Shown here in pieces: positions 48,142 through 56,936 of a DNA stretch of 64,000 nt (position 1 is its first letter; each line of letters begins with the position of its first letter). The notes beneath the pieces are model-generated. The model saw only the letters and a list, made by a program, of their open reading frames with translations. It was not told the origin of the DNA and made no database searches. Origin of the DNA: Bacteriovoracia bacterium (GTDB lineage Bacteria; Bdellovibrionota; UBA1018; CAIPTA01); the NCBI GenBank assembly GCA_050246755.1, contig JBFWVL010000001.1:704001-768000 (forward strand), given 5' to 3'. The position numbers and the translations under genes were made by a program.

Positions 48142-49482
48142 ATGTCTTCTTTCCTCATCCAAAATGGCTTTTTCCTTTTGAACGACGGCTCGGGCCGCCT
48201 CGTTCGGGGAGACCTGCGCGTAGAAAATGGGCGCATCGCCAAGCTCGCCAAAAAAATTTCCAAAAAGAAGGGGGAAAAGACCACCGACCTCAAAGGCCAG
48301 CTCGTGATCCCGGGTTTCGTGCAAACCCACGTGCACCTCTGCCAAACTCTTTTCCGTAACCTCGCCGACGACCTCGAGCTCCTCGACTGGCTCAGCCAGC
48401 GCATCTGGCCCATGGAGGCCGCGCATACCGAAAAAAGCCTCTACGCTTCCGCGCGGCTCGGAATCGCCGAACTCCTGGCGGGCGGCACCACCACGATCCT
48501 CGATATGGGCACCGTTCGCCATACCGACGCCATCTTCACGGCCGCCGAAGAAATGGGCATCCGCGCTCTCATCGGCAAATGCCTCATGGACAGCGACGCC
48601 TGCCCTCCCGGCCTCCACGAAACCACCGCCACCGCCTTAAAAGAAAACCGCGCGCTCTATTCCCGCTGGCACGGCAAAGCCAATGATCGCCTCCGTTATG
48701 CCTCAGCTCCCCGTTTTCTGATTTCTTGCACCGAGCGCTTGATGAAAGAAGTGCAGGAGTTTTCCGCCGCCAATAACCTGCACGTGCATTCTCACTCGAG
48801 CGAGAACCGCGCCGAAGTGGCGATGATCCGCAAACTATACGACTGCGAAAACATCGAAGCCTTTCATAAATTGAAATTAACCGGCCCCAATCTCGTGCTC
48901 GCCCATTGCATTTGGCTGAACAAAAATGAACAGAAGCTTTTGGCCGAAACCCAAACCCGCGTGAGCCATTGCCCGAGCTCCAACCTAAAATTAGCTTCCG
49001 GCCTCTGCGATGTTCCCGGCCTGAAAAAACAGGGCGTACACGTTTCTCTCGGAGCCGACGGTGCCCCCTGCAATAATAATTTGAATATGTTCCTCGAGAT
49101 GCGCCTCGCCTCCCTCCTGCAGAAGCCCTCGCACGGCCCCACCGCCATGCCGGCCAGAGAAGTTTTCGAAATGGCCACCATCCGCGGCGCCGAAGCCCTC
49201 GGCCTCGAGAAAGACATCGGCTCCATCGAAGTAGGCAAGAAGGCCGATCTCGTGGCGATTGATTTGGCCAGGCCGGAACTTGCCACTGCCCTCGACGAGG
49301 AAAAACCGGCGCTGGCTTACTCCGCTTTGGTCTACGCTTGTTCGCCGATGGCCGTTTCCCATACCTGGGTGGATGGAAAAATCGTGTATCGCCAGGGCAG
49401 TTACCCTAAGGTGCGCCAGAGCGAGATCGTGAACGAAGCCCTAGCTCAGCAAAAAAAATTACTGGGACGTCTTACGCTTTGA
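48142..49482 (+). CDS. Amidohydrolase, 5'-deoxyadenosine/MTA-SAH deaminase-like
   Basis: PGFVQTHVHLCQ, HSHSSEN, AHCIW, HCPSSNLKLASG, GADGAPCNN; nucleoside catabolism context. Confidence 0.85.
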   Translation: MSSFLIQNGFFLLNDGSGRLVRGDLRVENGRIAKLAKKISKKKGEKTTDLKGQLVIPGFVQTHVHLCQTLFRNLADDLELLDWLSQRIWPMEAAHTEKSLYASARLGIAELLAGGTTTILDMGTVRHTDAIFTAAEEMGIRALIGKCLMDSDACPPGLHETTATALKENRALYSRWHGKANDRLRYASAPRFLISCTERLMKEVQEFSAANNLHVHSHSSENRAEVAMIRKLYDCENIEAFHKLKLTGPNLVLAHCIWLNKNEQKLLAETQTRVSHCPSSNLKLASGLCDVPGLKKQGVHVSLGADGAPCNNNLNMFLEMRLASLLQKPSHGPTAMPAREVFEMATIRGAEALGLEKDIGSIEVGKKADLVAIDLARPELATALDEEKPALAYSALVYACSPMAVSHTWVDGKIVYRQGSYPKVRQSEIVNEALAQQKKLLGRLTL

Positions 49483-50281
49483 ACCAGTCCACACAGAAAG
49501 CATAAAGCTCTTCTTCTTTCGAGGGATCGATCTTCGCGCGGAAATCCTCAATCAAGCGCACGATCAGCTCCTTAATTTTTCCGATATCTCCTTTAGCTAG
49601 GCTCACCACCGAGGAATAGTGGAGGGAGTTCGGCTCTTCGTCTTCGCAAGCGATCGCCGCGCGGGTGCGCCAATTTGCGTGGTGCTTCATGATTTCGGGA
49701 GAATCGTTGCCGAGGTGGATCTTCATCTTAGTGGCCAGGAATCGATCGCCTTCCTGCACGGCGAGGCCGGCCTTCACCAAAAAATCCAAGGCATCTGAAA
49801 CCTTCTTTTGACTGAGGTGCAACCGCTTCGCTATTTCCACTCTTCCCTGAAATTGCGGAATCGTGAGCAGGATATGAATGGCCGTATAATGCCAGGCACT
49901 ATAGTAACGCGCGCGATCGAGCTCGCTCATCCCCTCGCCCACGCCGATCCGGTCCTTCAGCACTTTTCGTTTCGCCCGCTCCCTCTCGATCAGGGACTGA
50001 AAGATCTGCCGGAGGTTTTCGGTTCCGGCCCTTTCCTTCTGCACCAAGAACAGGAAGAACTCGGTCTCGTCGCGGGAGAAGGCGAGGTAGCGCGCCAAGG
50101 CCTCTCCCTGCTCTAGGCTCAGCTGCGCTTCCCCATTCAGCACTTGGGAGACGTACGCCAACTTGCAGCGCATGGCCTCCGCCAGCTCGGTGCGCTTCCC
50201 TCTGCCCTTCCCGGGCATGCTGAGGAGCCATTCGCTGAGGAATTCCTTGTAATGATCGAAATCATGAATACTTGTCTTCAT
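49472..50281 (-). CDS. TIGR02147/DUF4423 family protein (HTH-containing putative regulator)
   Basis: IHDFDHYKEFL, YVSQVLNGEAQLSLEQ, YYSAWHYTAIH, HHANWR, EEELYAFCVDWF. Confidence 0.8.
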   Translation of the reverse strand: MKTSIHDFDHYKEFLSEWLLSMPGKGRGKRTELAEAMRCKLAYVSQVLNGEAQLSLEQGEALARYLAFSRDETEFFLFLVQKERAGTENLRQIFQSLIERERAKRKVLKDRIGVGEGMSELDRARYYSAWHYTAIHILLTIPQFQGRVEIAKRLHLSQKKVSDALDFLVKAGLAVQEGDRFLATKMKIHLGNDSPEIMKHHANWRTRAAIACEDEEPNSLHYSSVVSLAKGDIGKIKELIVRLIEDFRAKIDPSKEEELYAFCVDWFKA

Positions 50282-50290
50282 AGCGATATC

Positions 50291-50359
50291 AATAGGTTAT
50301 CGCCATTTATTAATTAAAACTTTATAAATACTGTCCTTGTTTAATTAATATAGCCTATT
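50291..50359. promoter_or_regulatory. Inverted repeat in the divergent promoter region
   Basis: TATTAATTAAA (50308-50318) and TTTAATTAATA (50340-50350) form a perfect IR; outer AATAGGTTA/TAGCCTATT IR has one mismatch. Confidence 0.6.
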
Positions 50360-50429
50360 ACCCGATAGGATCACTAGGCTACTCTTTTTCTAGAGCGGAA
50401 TTAGTCCCTCTACGAAACGGAGAAAGTTT

Positions 50430-51851
50430 ATGAAGACCCTGAAGAAACTCTTACCCACCCTCTTGATGATCAGCTTGGCGCACTCTGCTGCCTACGCCGG
50501 CGGCAACGCTTCGGGCGGCGGCACGGGCATTGTGACTCACAAAGGCAAAGTGGAACTGCTCGACCTTCTAGAAGAACGCGACAATCTCGAGAAGGATTTT
50601 AAAAAGTTCGACCCACGCCAAGATAAGGCATTCCGCGCCGAGATCGAAACTCGTTTTAATAAAATCGAAGAGCTAGTTCCCATTATGAAGGGCCAGACCC
50701 AAGCCGCGCTGGACGAAATTCTCGATAAAGCGAATTTTTACTTCACCGACAAAAAACTGAACGCGACCAACGATACCTGTCTTCTCACGAAGGAAAATAC
50801 GGCCCAGCTAGCCGTACAAAAAGCGGGCAAGATCGTGGTGAACCAGGGCCTCTACCAAAAAGCCGACGCCAAAACTCAAGGCGCGCTCCTGGTGCACGAG
50901 ATCGTGATGCAAGTCCTCCGCCGCCCTGCTTGCTCGGACGAGGTCCGCAAAGCCGTGCGCATGATCATGAGCCCAGAAAAATTCTCGGCCAAAGAATTGT
51001 CCACCGAATTTTTCGAAAAAATACTCGGACGTCGCGTACCCAAAGTTGCCTACGAACCAAATATGCCTTCCTCGGTGGAAAATCGCTTTGCGCGACCCTA
51101 TATTTGGTCGCAGGTTACCGCGGCCACTATGAACGGCGACCCCGCTTATTCTTCCGAGCGCGCCTGCTTCGACCGCGCTCTCCAAGATCTAAGCGTTCTG
51201 GATAAAGATCCCGATGTGCTGAAAGCCATCGACCAAGTCCGCGTAGAAAAACGGGCCGACCAAGTTCAAATTAAGTTTTTCAGCGGCTACGACGGAAATG
51301 GCCTGGCAATGTTCGTAAAAACTGCGGACGAAAATGAAGATATGGCTCGCCGCAACGTTAACCTAAATGCGAACGAAGACGGTTCCACCGACGACTATTC
51401 CATTAGTCTCAGCCAATACCATCGTAGCGATGTGACGAAAATGGTGCAAAGAGGCAAATGCAACGTGAGCAAAACTTCTATGCTCGAGCTCCTCAACGGA
51501 TATCGCCTGCCCGCAGCGAAAAGACCAAAGCCAGTAAAAGAAGAGCGCAACGTGGAAAATTGCATAAAAAAATCCGAAGAATTGATCAAGAATCTTTCCG
51601 ACCGGCGCAAAGGAATCGTTTCCCAGTTCCCCGAATCTTGGATTCGTCAGCTGAACCTTAAACTAAACGAGCGCGAAACCATGGGCTTCTGGGATCGCCG
51701 GTCTCTTTCGAGCTGCGAAGGAAAACGGAACCAGCTTGAAGAGGAACTCGAGAACCTTGGTGACGTAGTGACCACGCTCCAACAAAAGCGCCAAGCGCCT
51801 TCCACCACTGAAATCGTTCCTTCCGTCGTAAACGGTATCGACGCGAAGTAA
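50430..51851 (+). CDS. Secreted hypothetical protein (GGxxxGGG N-terminus, LVHE motif, C-terminal two-Cys helical module)
   Basis: GGAG RBS; signal peptide ending AYA; own terminator. Confidence 0.8.
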   Translation: MKTLKKLLPTLLMISLAHSAAYAGGNASGGGTGIVTHKGKVELLDLLEERDNLEKDFKKFDPRQDKAFRAEIETRFNKIEELVPIMKGQTQAALDEILDKANFYFTDKKLNATNDTCLLTKENTAQLAVQKAGKIVVNQGLYQKADAKTQGALLVHEIVMQVLRRPACSDEVRKAVRMIMSPEKFSAKELSTEFFEKILGRRVPKVAYEPNMPSSVENRFARPYIWSQVTAATMNGDPAYSSERACFDRALQDLSVLDKDPDVLKAIDQVRVEKRADQVQIKFFSGYDGNGLAMFVKTADENEDMARRNVNLNANEDGSTDDYSISLSQYHRSDVTKMVQRGKCNVSKTSMLELLNGYRLPAAKRPKPVKEERNVENCIKKSEELIKNLSDRRKGIVSQFPESWIRQLNLKLNERETMGFWDRRSLSSCEGKRNQLEEELENLGDVVTTLQQKRQAPSTTEIVPSVVNGIDAK

Positions 51852-51860
51852 GATCGCGCC

Positions 51861-51904
51861 AAGAAAAAGCCCAGAAGCCTAGAGGCTTCTGGGCTTTTTC
51901 TTTT
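51861..51904 (+). terminator. Rho-independent terminator (bidirectional-type)
   Basis: AAGAAAAAGCCCAGAAGCCT...GGCTTCTGGGCTTTTTCTTTT. Confidence 0.9.
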
Positions 51905-52011
51905 CCCCTCAATGCACCCCATGTCCTGTCGAACTTTTAGTCACCCCCGCTTTCCCTACACAGCCATTTTCCATCTTCCCCCTGTAAAATCACTCTCGCA
52001 CCTAAAGCTAG

Positions 52012-52027
52012 CGGCACACCTATTGCT
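52012..52027 (+). promoter_or_regulatory. Putative sigma54 promoter
   Basis: CGGCACACCTATTGCT (GG-N10-GC with TTGC). Confidence 0.7.
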
Positions 52028-52072
52028 CTAGGGCGGGCAGTTCATTCCGTAATGCTGTTGTGGTGGTTGTTG

Positions 52073-53200
52073 ATGTTGAAACGGAAAATTGTTGCAGTTC
52101 TTTTGCTATCCTTCGGTGTGCTCGCGCTCTCCGGCACCGATGCGTTTGCCCTCAAGCATCGCCCGAAGGCCAAGGCGATCCCCAAGGTAAATCCCGTGCT
52201 CACGCGCAACTGGGGCCTCGATAACCAGGAACGCGCCTCCCACATCAATGCGAAAAAAGCGTGGAAGATCGCTAAGGCGAATAAAGAAGTGATCGTGGCC
52301 GTGATCGACACCGGCATCGACGCCAATCATCCGCTCATTAAAGACCACCTCTGGCGCGAGAAGAAAACCGGCGCCTACGGCTTCGATTTCATCACCAATA
52401 AAATCAATCCCCAAGATCCTCACGGCCACGGCACCCACGTGGCGGGAATCGTGCTCGCTGCCGCGGGCGCCGAATCCAATAAAAAATCCAAAGTACGCCT
52501 GATGCCGATCCGGTACTACGCCGAGAGCGATTCGCGCACGAACCACCTCGATTTCACCGTGAAGGCGATTGAATACGCCGTGGATCACGGCGCCAAGATC
52601 ATCAACTTCTCCGCTGAGGGCATAGGATTCAACCGCGCCGAATACCGCGCCATCCAACGCGCGCAAGCCAAGGGCGTGCTCTTCGTGACCGCCGCTGGAA
52701 ACCAATCGCAGGACAACGACGCCAGCTCTTCGCCCTGTTACCCCGCGTCCTACGACCTGCCAAACATCATCACCGTGGCCGCCACCAATATCCGCAACGA
52801 ACTCGTGCCGAGCTCGAACTGGGGTGCTAAGCACGTGCACGTAGCGGCTCCCGGCGAGAATATTTTCTCCACTCTGCCCAATAACGCCTACGGCTACCTC
52901 ACGGGAACTAGCCAAGCCACGGCCTACGTGTCGGGCGTAGCGGCGATGCTGCTTTCGGAAAACCCCAAGCTCACGCCCAGCGACCTCAAATCGATTATCG
53001 AGAAGTCCTCGGACCCAATCCCCGCCCTAAAATCCAAGGTCGTAGCGGGTGGACGCATCAATGCCTATTCGGCTCTCTTAGAGGCCCGTGCAGAGCGTAA
53101 GGGCTCACCGGTGGCCAGCGTGGCGGTATCCGAAGCCCCAATCCCGTCCTTCCCGCTCAATCTCCTGCCAGAGGCTCGCGGACTCATGGGCGCACCCTAG
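52073..53200 (+). CDS. Secreted subtilisin-like S8 serine peptidase
   Basis: Signal peptide; VAVIDTG, HGTHVAG, AAGN, GTSQAT catalytic motifs. Confidence 0.93.
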   Translation: MLKRKIVAVLLLSFGVLALSGTDAFALKHRPKAKAIPKVNPVLTRNWGLDNQERASHINAKKAWKIAKANKEVIVAVIDTGIDANHPLIKDHLWREKKTGAYGFDFITNKINPQDPHGHGTHVAGIVLAAAGAESNKKSKVRLMPIRYYAESDSRTNHLDFTVKAIEYAVDHGAKIINFSAEGIGFNRAEYRAIQRAQAKGVLFVTAAGNQSQDNDASSSPCYPASYDLPNIITVAATNIRNELVPSSNWGAKHVHVAAPGENIFSTLPNNAYGYLTGTSQATAYVSGVAAMLLSENPKLTPSDLKSIIEKSSDPIPALKSKVVAGGRINAYSALLEARAERKGSPVASVAVSEAPIPSFPLNLLPEARGLMGAP

Positions 53201-53436
53201 CCGCCAAAAGCGCCCTATTTTCAGACCCTTACTTTCTTCATTTGTTGCTCCCTATCGGGCCCCAAACCTCTTACCCGCTAACGGCCAACCGCCCGCCGCC
53301 AACGGCGATCCCATTCCCCTTTCATTCTTGACACTTAGGATACCAGCCGCTAAAACAGCATTTCCCGCAAATCACGCGCAAAGTCGTTCGATTGCATTGC
53401 CTGCAAAGGCTTAGACCGAATTAGGAAGGTTTTTCG

Positions 53437-53985
53437 ATGTACGCTGTAATTCAAACTGGTGGCAAACAATACCGAGTTAAAAAGGGCGATACCGTTCAGG
53501 TAGAATTGCTCCCGCTGGATCTTGGCGGCAAAACAAATTTTAGTGAGGTTCTCCTCGTGGGCGCCGGCGCAACCGTAAAAGTTGGCCAGCCTTTCGTAGC
53601 TTCCGCCTCGGTAGCCGCCGAAGTAGTGGCTCTCGAAAAAGGCCCGAAGGTCATTGTTTACCACAAAAAGCGCCGCAAACAGTCCGACAAGAAAAACGGA
53701 CACCGCCAAGCGTATACCCGCCTCTTGATCACTGGCATCGATAACGGCGCCGGCGAAAAAGACACTCTCTCGGCTGAGGAACGCACCAAGGTTCTCGGCA
53801 ATGTGGGCTTCGCCAATGAAGACGCTTGGGCCGTGGAAGAGGAAGATTTTTCCGAAGAAGGCGAAGGAAAAACCGCTGCGCGTAAAGCCGCTCCGAAGAA
53901 AGCTGCCGCCGCCAAAAAAGCTGCTCCGAAAAAAGCCGCTCCCAAGAAGGCTGCCGGCGCTTCCAAAGCGAAGAAAACCAAATAA
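53437..53985 (+). CDS. rplU: 50S ribosomal protein L21 with acidic and Lys/Ala-rich C-terminal extension
   Basis: MYAVIQTGGKQYRV, GHRQAYT. Confidence 0.96.
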   Translation: MYAVIQTGGKQYRVKKGDTVQVELLPLDLGGKTNFSEVLLVGAGATVKVGQPFVASASVAAEVVALEKGPKVIVYHKKRRKQSDKKNGHRQAYTRLLITGIDNGAGEKDTLSAEERTKVLGNVGFANEDAWAVEEEDFSEEGEGKTAARKAAPKKAAAAKKAAPKKAAPKKAAGASKAKKTK

Positions 53986-54034
53986 TTTAACGAAAACCCT
54001 TTAGCGAAGAAATTCAGGAAGAGAGGCAAAAGCC

Positions 54035-54295
54035 ATGGCATCAAAAAAAGCTGGTGGTAGTACAAAAAACGGACGCGATAGTAACCCGAAGATGCGCGGA
54101 GTGAAGCGCTTTGGCGGAGAAAACGTTAAAGCCGGAAACATCCTCGTGCGCCAAGTGGGCACCGTGTTTCACCCTGGTAAAAACGTGGGCCTCGGCCGCG
54201 ATTTCACCCTTTTCGCCCTCATTAACGGCGTAGTGAAATTCGAGAATAAAGATCGCAAGCGCCAAAAAGTTTCGGTCGTTCCCGTAGCAGTTTAA
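54035..54295 (+). CDS. rpmA: 50S ribosomal protein L27
   Basis: [31 protein letters not shown]. Confidence 0.98.
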   Translation: MASKKAGGSTKNGRDSNPKMRGVKRFGGENVKAGNILVRQVGTVFHPGKNVGLGRDFTLFALINGVVKFENKDRKRQKVSVVPVAV

Positions 54296-54322
54296 GCTTT
54301 TAGATCTAATCTAAGCTTTAGG

Positions 54323-54358
54323 AGGCATTCTTCGCGAGAAGAGTGCCTTTCTGCTTTT
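54323..54358 (+). terminator. Terminator after rpmA
   Basis: AGGCATTCTTC...GAAGAGTGCCT hairpin followed by a T-rich tract. Confidence 0.7.
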
Positions 54359-54461
54359 AGGCCTATTGCCTCCGACTAAGCTTTATACGGCCGTTGAACT
54401 GCCTATAAATGTCTCCGCCCGGAAACACCCCATAATTTGCTGATTTTACTAGTATTTTTTC

Positions 54462-54477
54462 TGGCACGGGCTCTGCT
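54462..54477 (+). promoter_or_regulatory. Putative sigma54 promoter
   Basis: TGGCACGGGCTCTGCT preceded by an AT-rich tract. Confidence 0.7.
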
Positions 54478-54525
54478 CTACTTCCGGCAAGACCTTTTAA
54501 AACCGAGAAATAGGGAGAATAGTTT

Positions 54526-54771
54526 ATGAAACAAGTAAAAACCCCCAAGCTGCCGAAGGCCCCCAAAGCACCCAAGATGCCCGGCGTTAGCCGCAAGAAA
54601 AAGAAAAAGGCCGGCCACAATCATAAATATTTTTTATTTTTGATCGCCGCCTTCGTAGCCGTAGGCGTAGTAGGCTGGCAGTTTAAGGCCGACGCCAACC
54701 CCGAGTTTCAGGTGAGCCCCGTGATCGCCAAGAAAGTTCGCACCAATTACGTAGAGCTCAAGCACCGTTAA
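54526..54771 (+). CDS. Small bitopic membrane protein with Lys/Pro-rich N-terminus
   Basis: GGGAG RBS, one TM helix, own promoter and terminator. Confidence 0.7.
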   Translation: MKQVKTPKLPKAPKAPKMPGVSRKKKKKAGHNHKYFLFLIAAFVAVGVVGWQFKADANPEFQVSPVIAKKVRTNYVELKHR

Positions 54772-54796
54772 AATCACTTTAATAGCCCCCCTCCCC

Positions 54797-54833
54797 GCGG
54801 CGCAGGATCCCCCTCCTAGCGCCGCTTTTTTTT
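54797..54833 (+). terminator. Rho-independent terminator
   Basis: GCGGCGC..AGGA/TCCT..GCGCCGC plus T8. Confidence 0.8.
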
Positions 54834-54894
54834 GTTATAATTACGCCTTGCGTTCCCCCCTCCCTCCAGGCTAGAAACTCAGACCAACCGCGTT

Positions 54895-55923
54895 ATGAGA
54901 TTCATCGACGAAGCACAAATTTATTTAAAAGCCGGCCACGGTGGCCCGGGCTCCGTTAGTTTCCGTCGGGAAACGATGGAACCTCGTGGCGGCCCCGACG
55001 GCGGCGACGGCGGCCGCGGTGGGCATATCTACCTCCAAGTAGACCCCAACCTTTCCACCCTTATGGATTTCCGTTTTCGTAAAAAGCATATTGCCCGCGC
55101 GGGCGATCAAGGCAGCGGCAAGAAAAAAGCCGGCCGCGACGGCGACGATATTATCCTTCCTATTCCCGTTGGCACCATCGTGCGCGACGCTGCCACCGAC
55201 GAAGTTATTTTCGAAGCACTCTCGAAAACCGAGGAGCCTTTCCTGCTCTGCAAGGGTGGGCGCGGCGGCAAGGGCAATACGCACTTTGCCACCTCCACGC
55301 ACCAAACTCCCCGCTTCGCCCAACCCGGCGAAGAAGGCCAAGAGCGCGAAATTAAGCTTGAGCTAAAACTCCTCGCCGATGTTGGCTTGGTAGGATTTCC
55401 CAACGTAGGAAAATCCAGCCTGATCGCCGCGATCTCCGCGGCGCGCCCGAAAATCGCCGACTACGCCTTTACCACCCTTACGCCGAATCTTGGCGTGGTC
55501 CGCATCGACGAAGAACGTACCTTCGTGGTGGCCGACGTTCCCGGCCTGGTAGAGGGCGCGCACGAGGGTATCGGCCTTGGTATCCGCTTCCTAAAACACC
55601 TCGAGCGCACGAAAATTTATATCCATATTCTCGACGCCGCCTCCCTCCGCGACATGGAGCACGACTACGAAGTGGTTCGCAAAGAACTGGCCGCATTCAA
55701 TCCTGAGCTGCTTAATCACAAAGAGATCATCGTATTTAATAAGATCGACGCTGCCCAGGATACGGAATCGATGGATGCCTTCTGCGCCAAGCTCGACCAA
55801 GAGCACAAGCTCTACCGCAAAATCTCAGTGGCCACGCGTGAAGGCGTGCCCGAGCTCGTGTCGCTAATGGCCGATTGCCTCTTCACCGACAAATACGATT
55901 TCGCCTTGCCCGAGGCAAAATGA
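54895..55923 (+). CDS. obgE: GTPase ObgE
   Basis: GGPDGGDGGRGG, GFPNVGKS, YAFTTL, DVPGL, NKID. Confidence 0.97.
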   Translation: MRFIDEAQIYLKAGHGGPGSVSFRRETMEPRGGPDGGDGGRGGHIYLQVDPNLSTLMDFRFRKKHIARAGDQGSGKKKAGRDGDDIILPIPVGTIVRDAATDEVIFEALSKTEEPFLLCKGGRGGKGNTHFATSTHQTPRFAQPGEEGQEREIKLELKLLADVGLVGFPNVGKSSLIAAISAARPKIADYAFTTLTPNLGVVRIDEERTFVVADVPGLVEGAHEGIGLGIRFLKHLERTKIYIHILDAASLRDMEHDYEVVRKELAAFNPELLNHKEIIVFNKIDAAQDTESMDAFCAKLDQEHKLYRKISVATREGVPELVSLMADCLFTDKYDFALPEAK

Positions 55924-56525
55924 TCGACTTCCGTCGGTCCACGGCTCTCTTCGGTGGCAGTTTCGACCCCGTTCACGACGGTCACCTCCATATAGCGAAA
56001 TCTCTCCGCGAGCGCCGGCCCGATATCGAGCAGATCGTTTTCGTGCCCACCTCGCATAGCCCGGGCAAAGCTCCCGCGCTGGCTTCCGCCGAAGATCGTT
56101 TGCGCTGGCTAAAGCTCGTAACCGAGCCGCTGGGGTTTCTGGTTTGGGACGAAGAAATTCTCCGCGGCGGCGAGAGCTATACCGTGGATACCTTGAAGGC
56201 CGCTCATGCGCATGGCGCGGCTAAAGAGCGCTTATATTGGGTGGTTGGAGGTGATGCCTACGTGCATTTCACCCATTGGCGGGATCCCGGAACGATTCGG
56301 TCCTTGGCCCAACTGATCGTGGTAAACCGCCCGGGAATTTTATTGCCCGCCCAGAGCCCCGGGGATGTGATCCTCGAAATCGTTCCGCATACCGCTAGCT
56401 CCAGCGGCATACGCGCGGCTTTAGCCGCGGAAGAACAAACTATTCCGTATTTACCAGAACCCGTGCGACAGGATTTAACCGGCCTTTTTTTGCGGTCGGC
56501 CAGCCCCTATGTTAGAAAAAAGTGA
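55920..56525 (+). CDS. nadD: Nicotinate-nucleotide adenylyltransferase
   Basis: FGGSFDPVHDGH, SYTVDTL, SSSGIR; ATGA overlap with obgE. Confidence 0.93.
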   Translation: MIDFRRSTALFGGSFDPVHDGHLHIAKSLRERRPDIEQIVFVPTSHSPGKAPALASAEDRLRWLKLVTEPLGFLVWDEEILRGGESYTVDTLKAAHAHGAAKERLYWVVGGDAYVHFTHWRDPGTIRSLAQLIVVNRPGILLPAQSPGDVILEIVPHTASSSGIRAALAAEEQTIPYLPEPVRQDLTGLFLRSASPYVRKK

Positions 56526-56936
56526 ATGATGGACGCTAAAAAACTCGCCGAACTATGTGCCCTTAAATGCCTCGATAAAAAGGCCGAAAACGTGGTGATT
56601 CTCGACCTCGAAAATCGCTCTTCGGTGGCCGACTATTTCGTGGTTTGCAGCGGTTTTTCCGACCGCCAAGTGGCCGCGGTGGCCGATTACGTATCCAGCG
56701 AATTGCGCCAGCAGGGAATCAAAGCGCTGAGTGAAGAAGGTCTAGTGGAAGGACGCTGGGCGCTCATCGATTTCGGCTCCGTGATCGTGCACGTTTTTCA
56801 GGATCAGCTGCGCGATTATTACAGCCTCGAAGCCCTCTGGATGGATGCTCCGCGGATCCGCGCCCAGGAAGACGGCAGCTTCACTAAAATGTCCGGCGTA
56901 AAACCCTCTTATAGCCCAGGCACCGCGAGCTTCTGA
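56526..56936 (+). CDS. rsfS: Ribosome silencing factor
   Basis: DKKAENV, ADYFVVCSG, WALIDFGSVIVHVF, YYSLEALW. Confidence 0.95.
   Translation: MMDAKKLAELCALKCLDKKAENVVILDLENRSSVADYFVVCSGFSDRQVAAVADYVSSELRQQGIKALSEEGLVEGRWALIDFGSVIVHVFQDQLRDYYSLEALWMDAPRIRAQEDGSFTKMSGVKPSYSPGTASF

Noticed and set aside
53870-53960. Short repeated DNA units in the rplU 3' region
   Set aside because: They encode KAAPKK protein repeats; not a CRISPR array or mobile repeat
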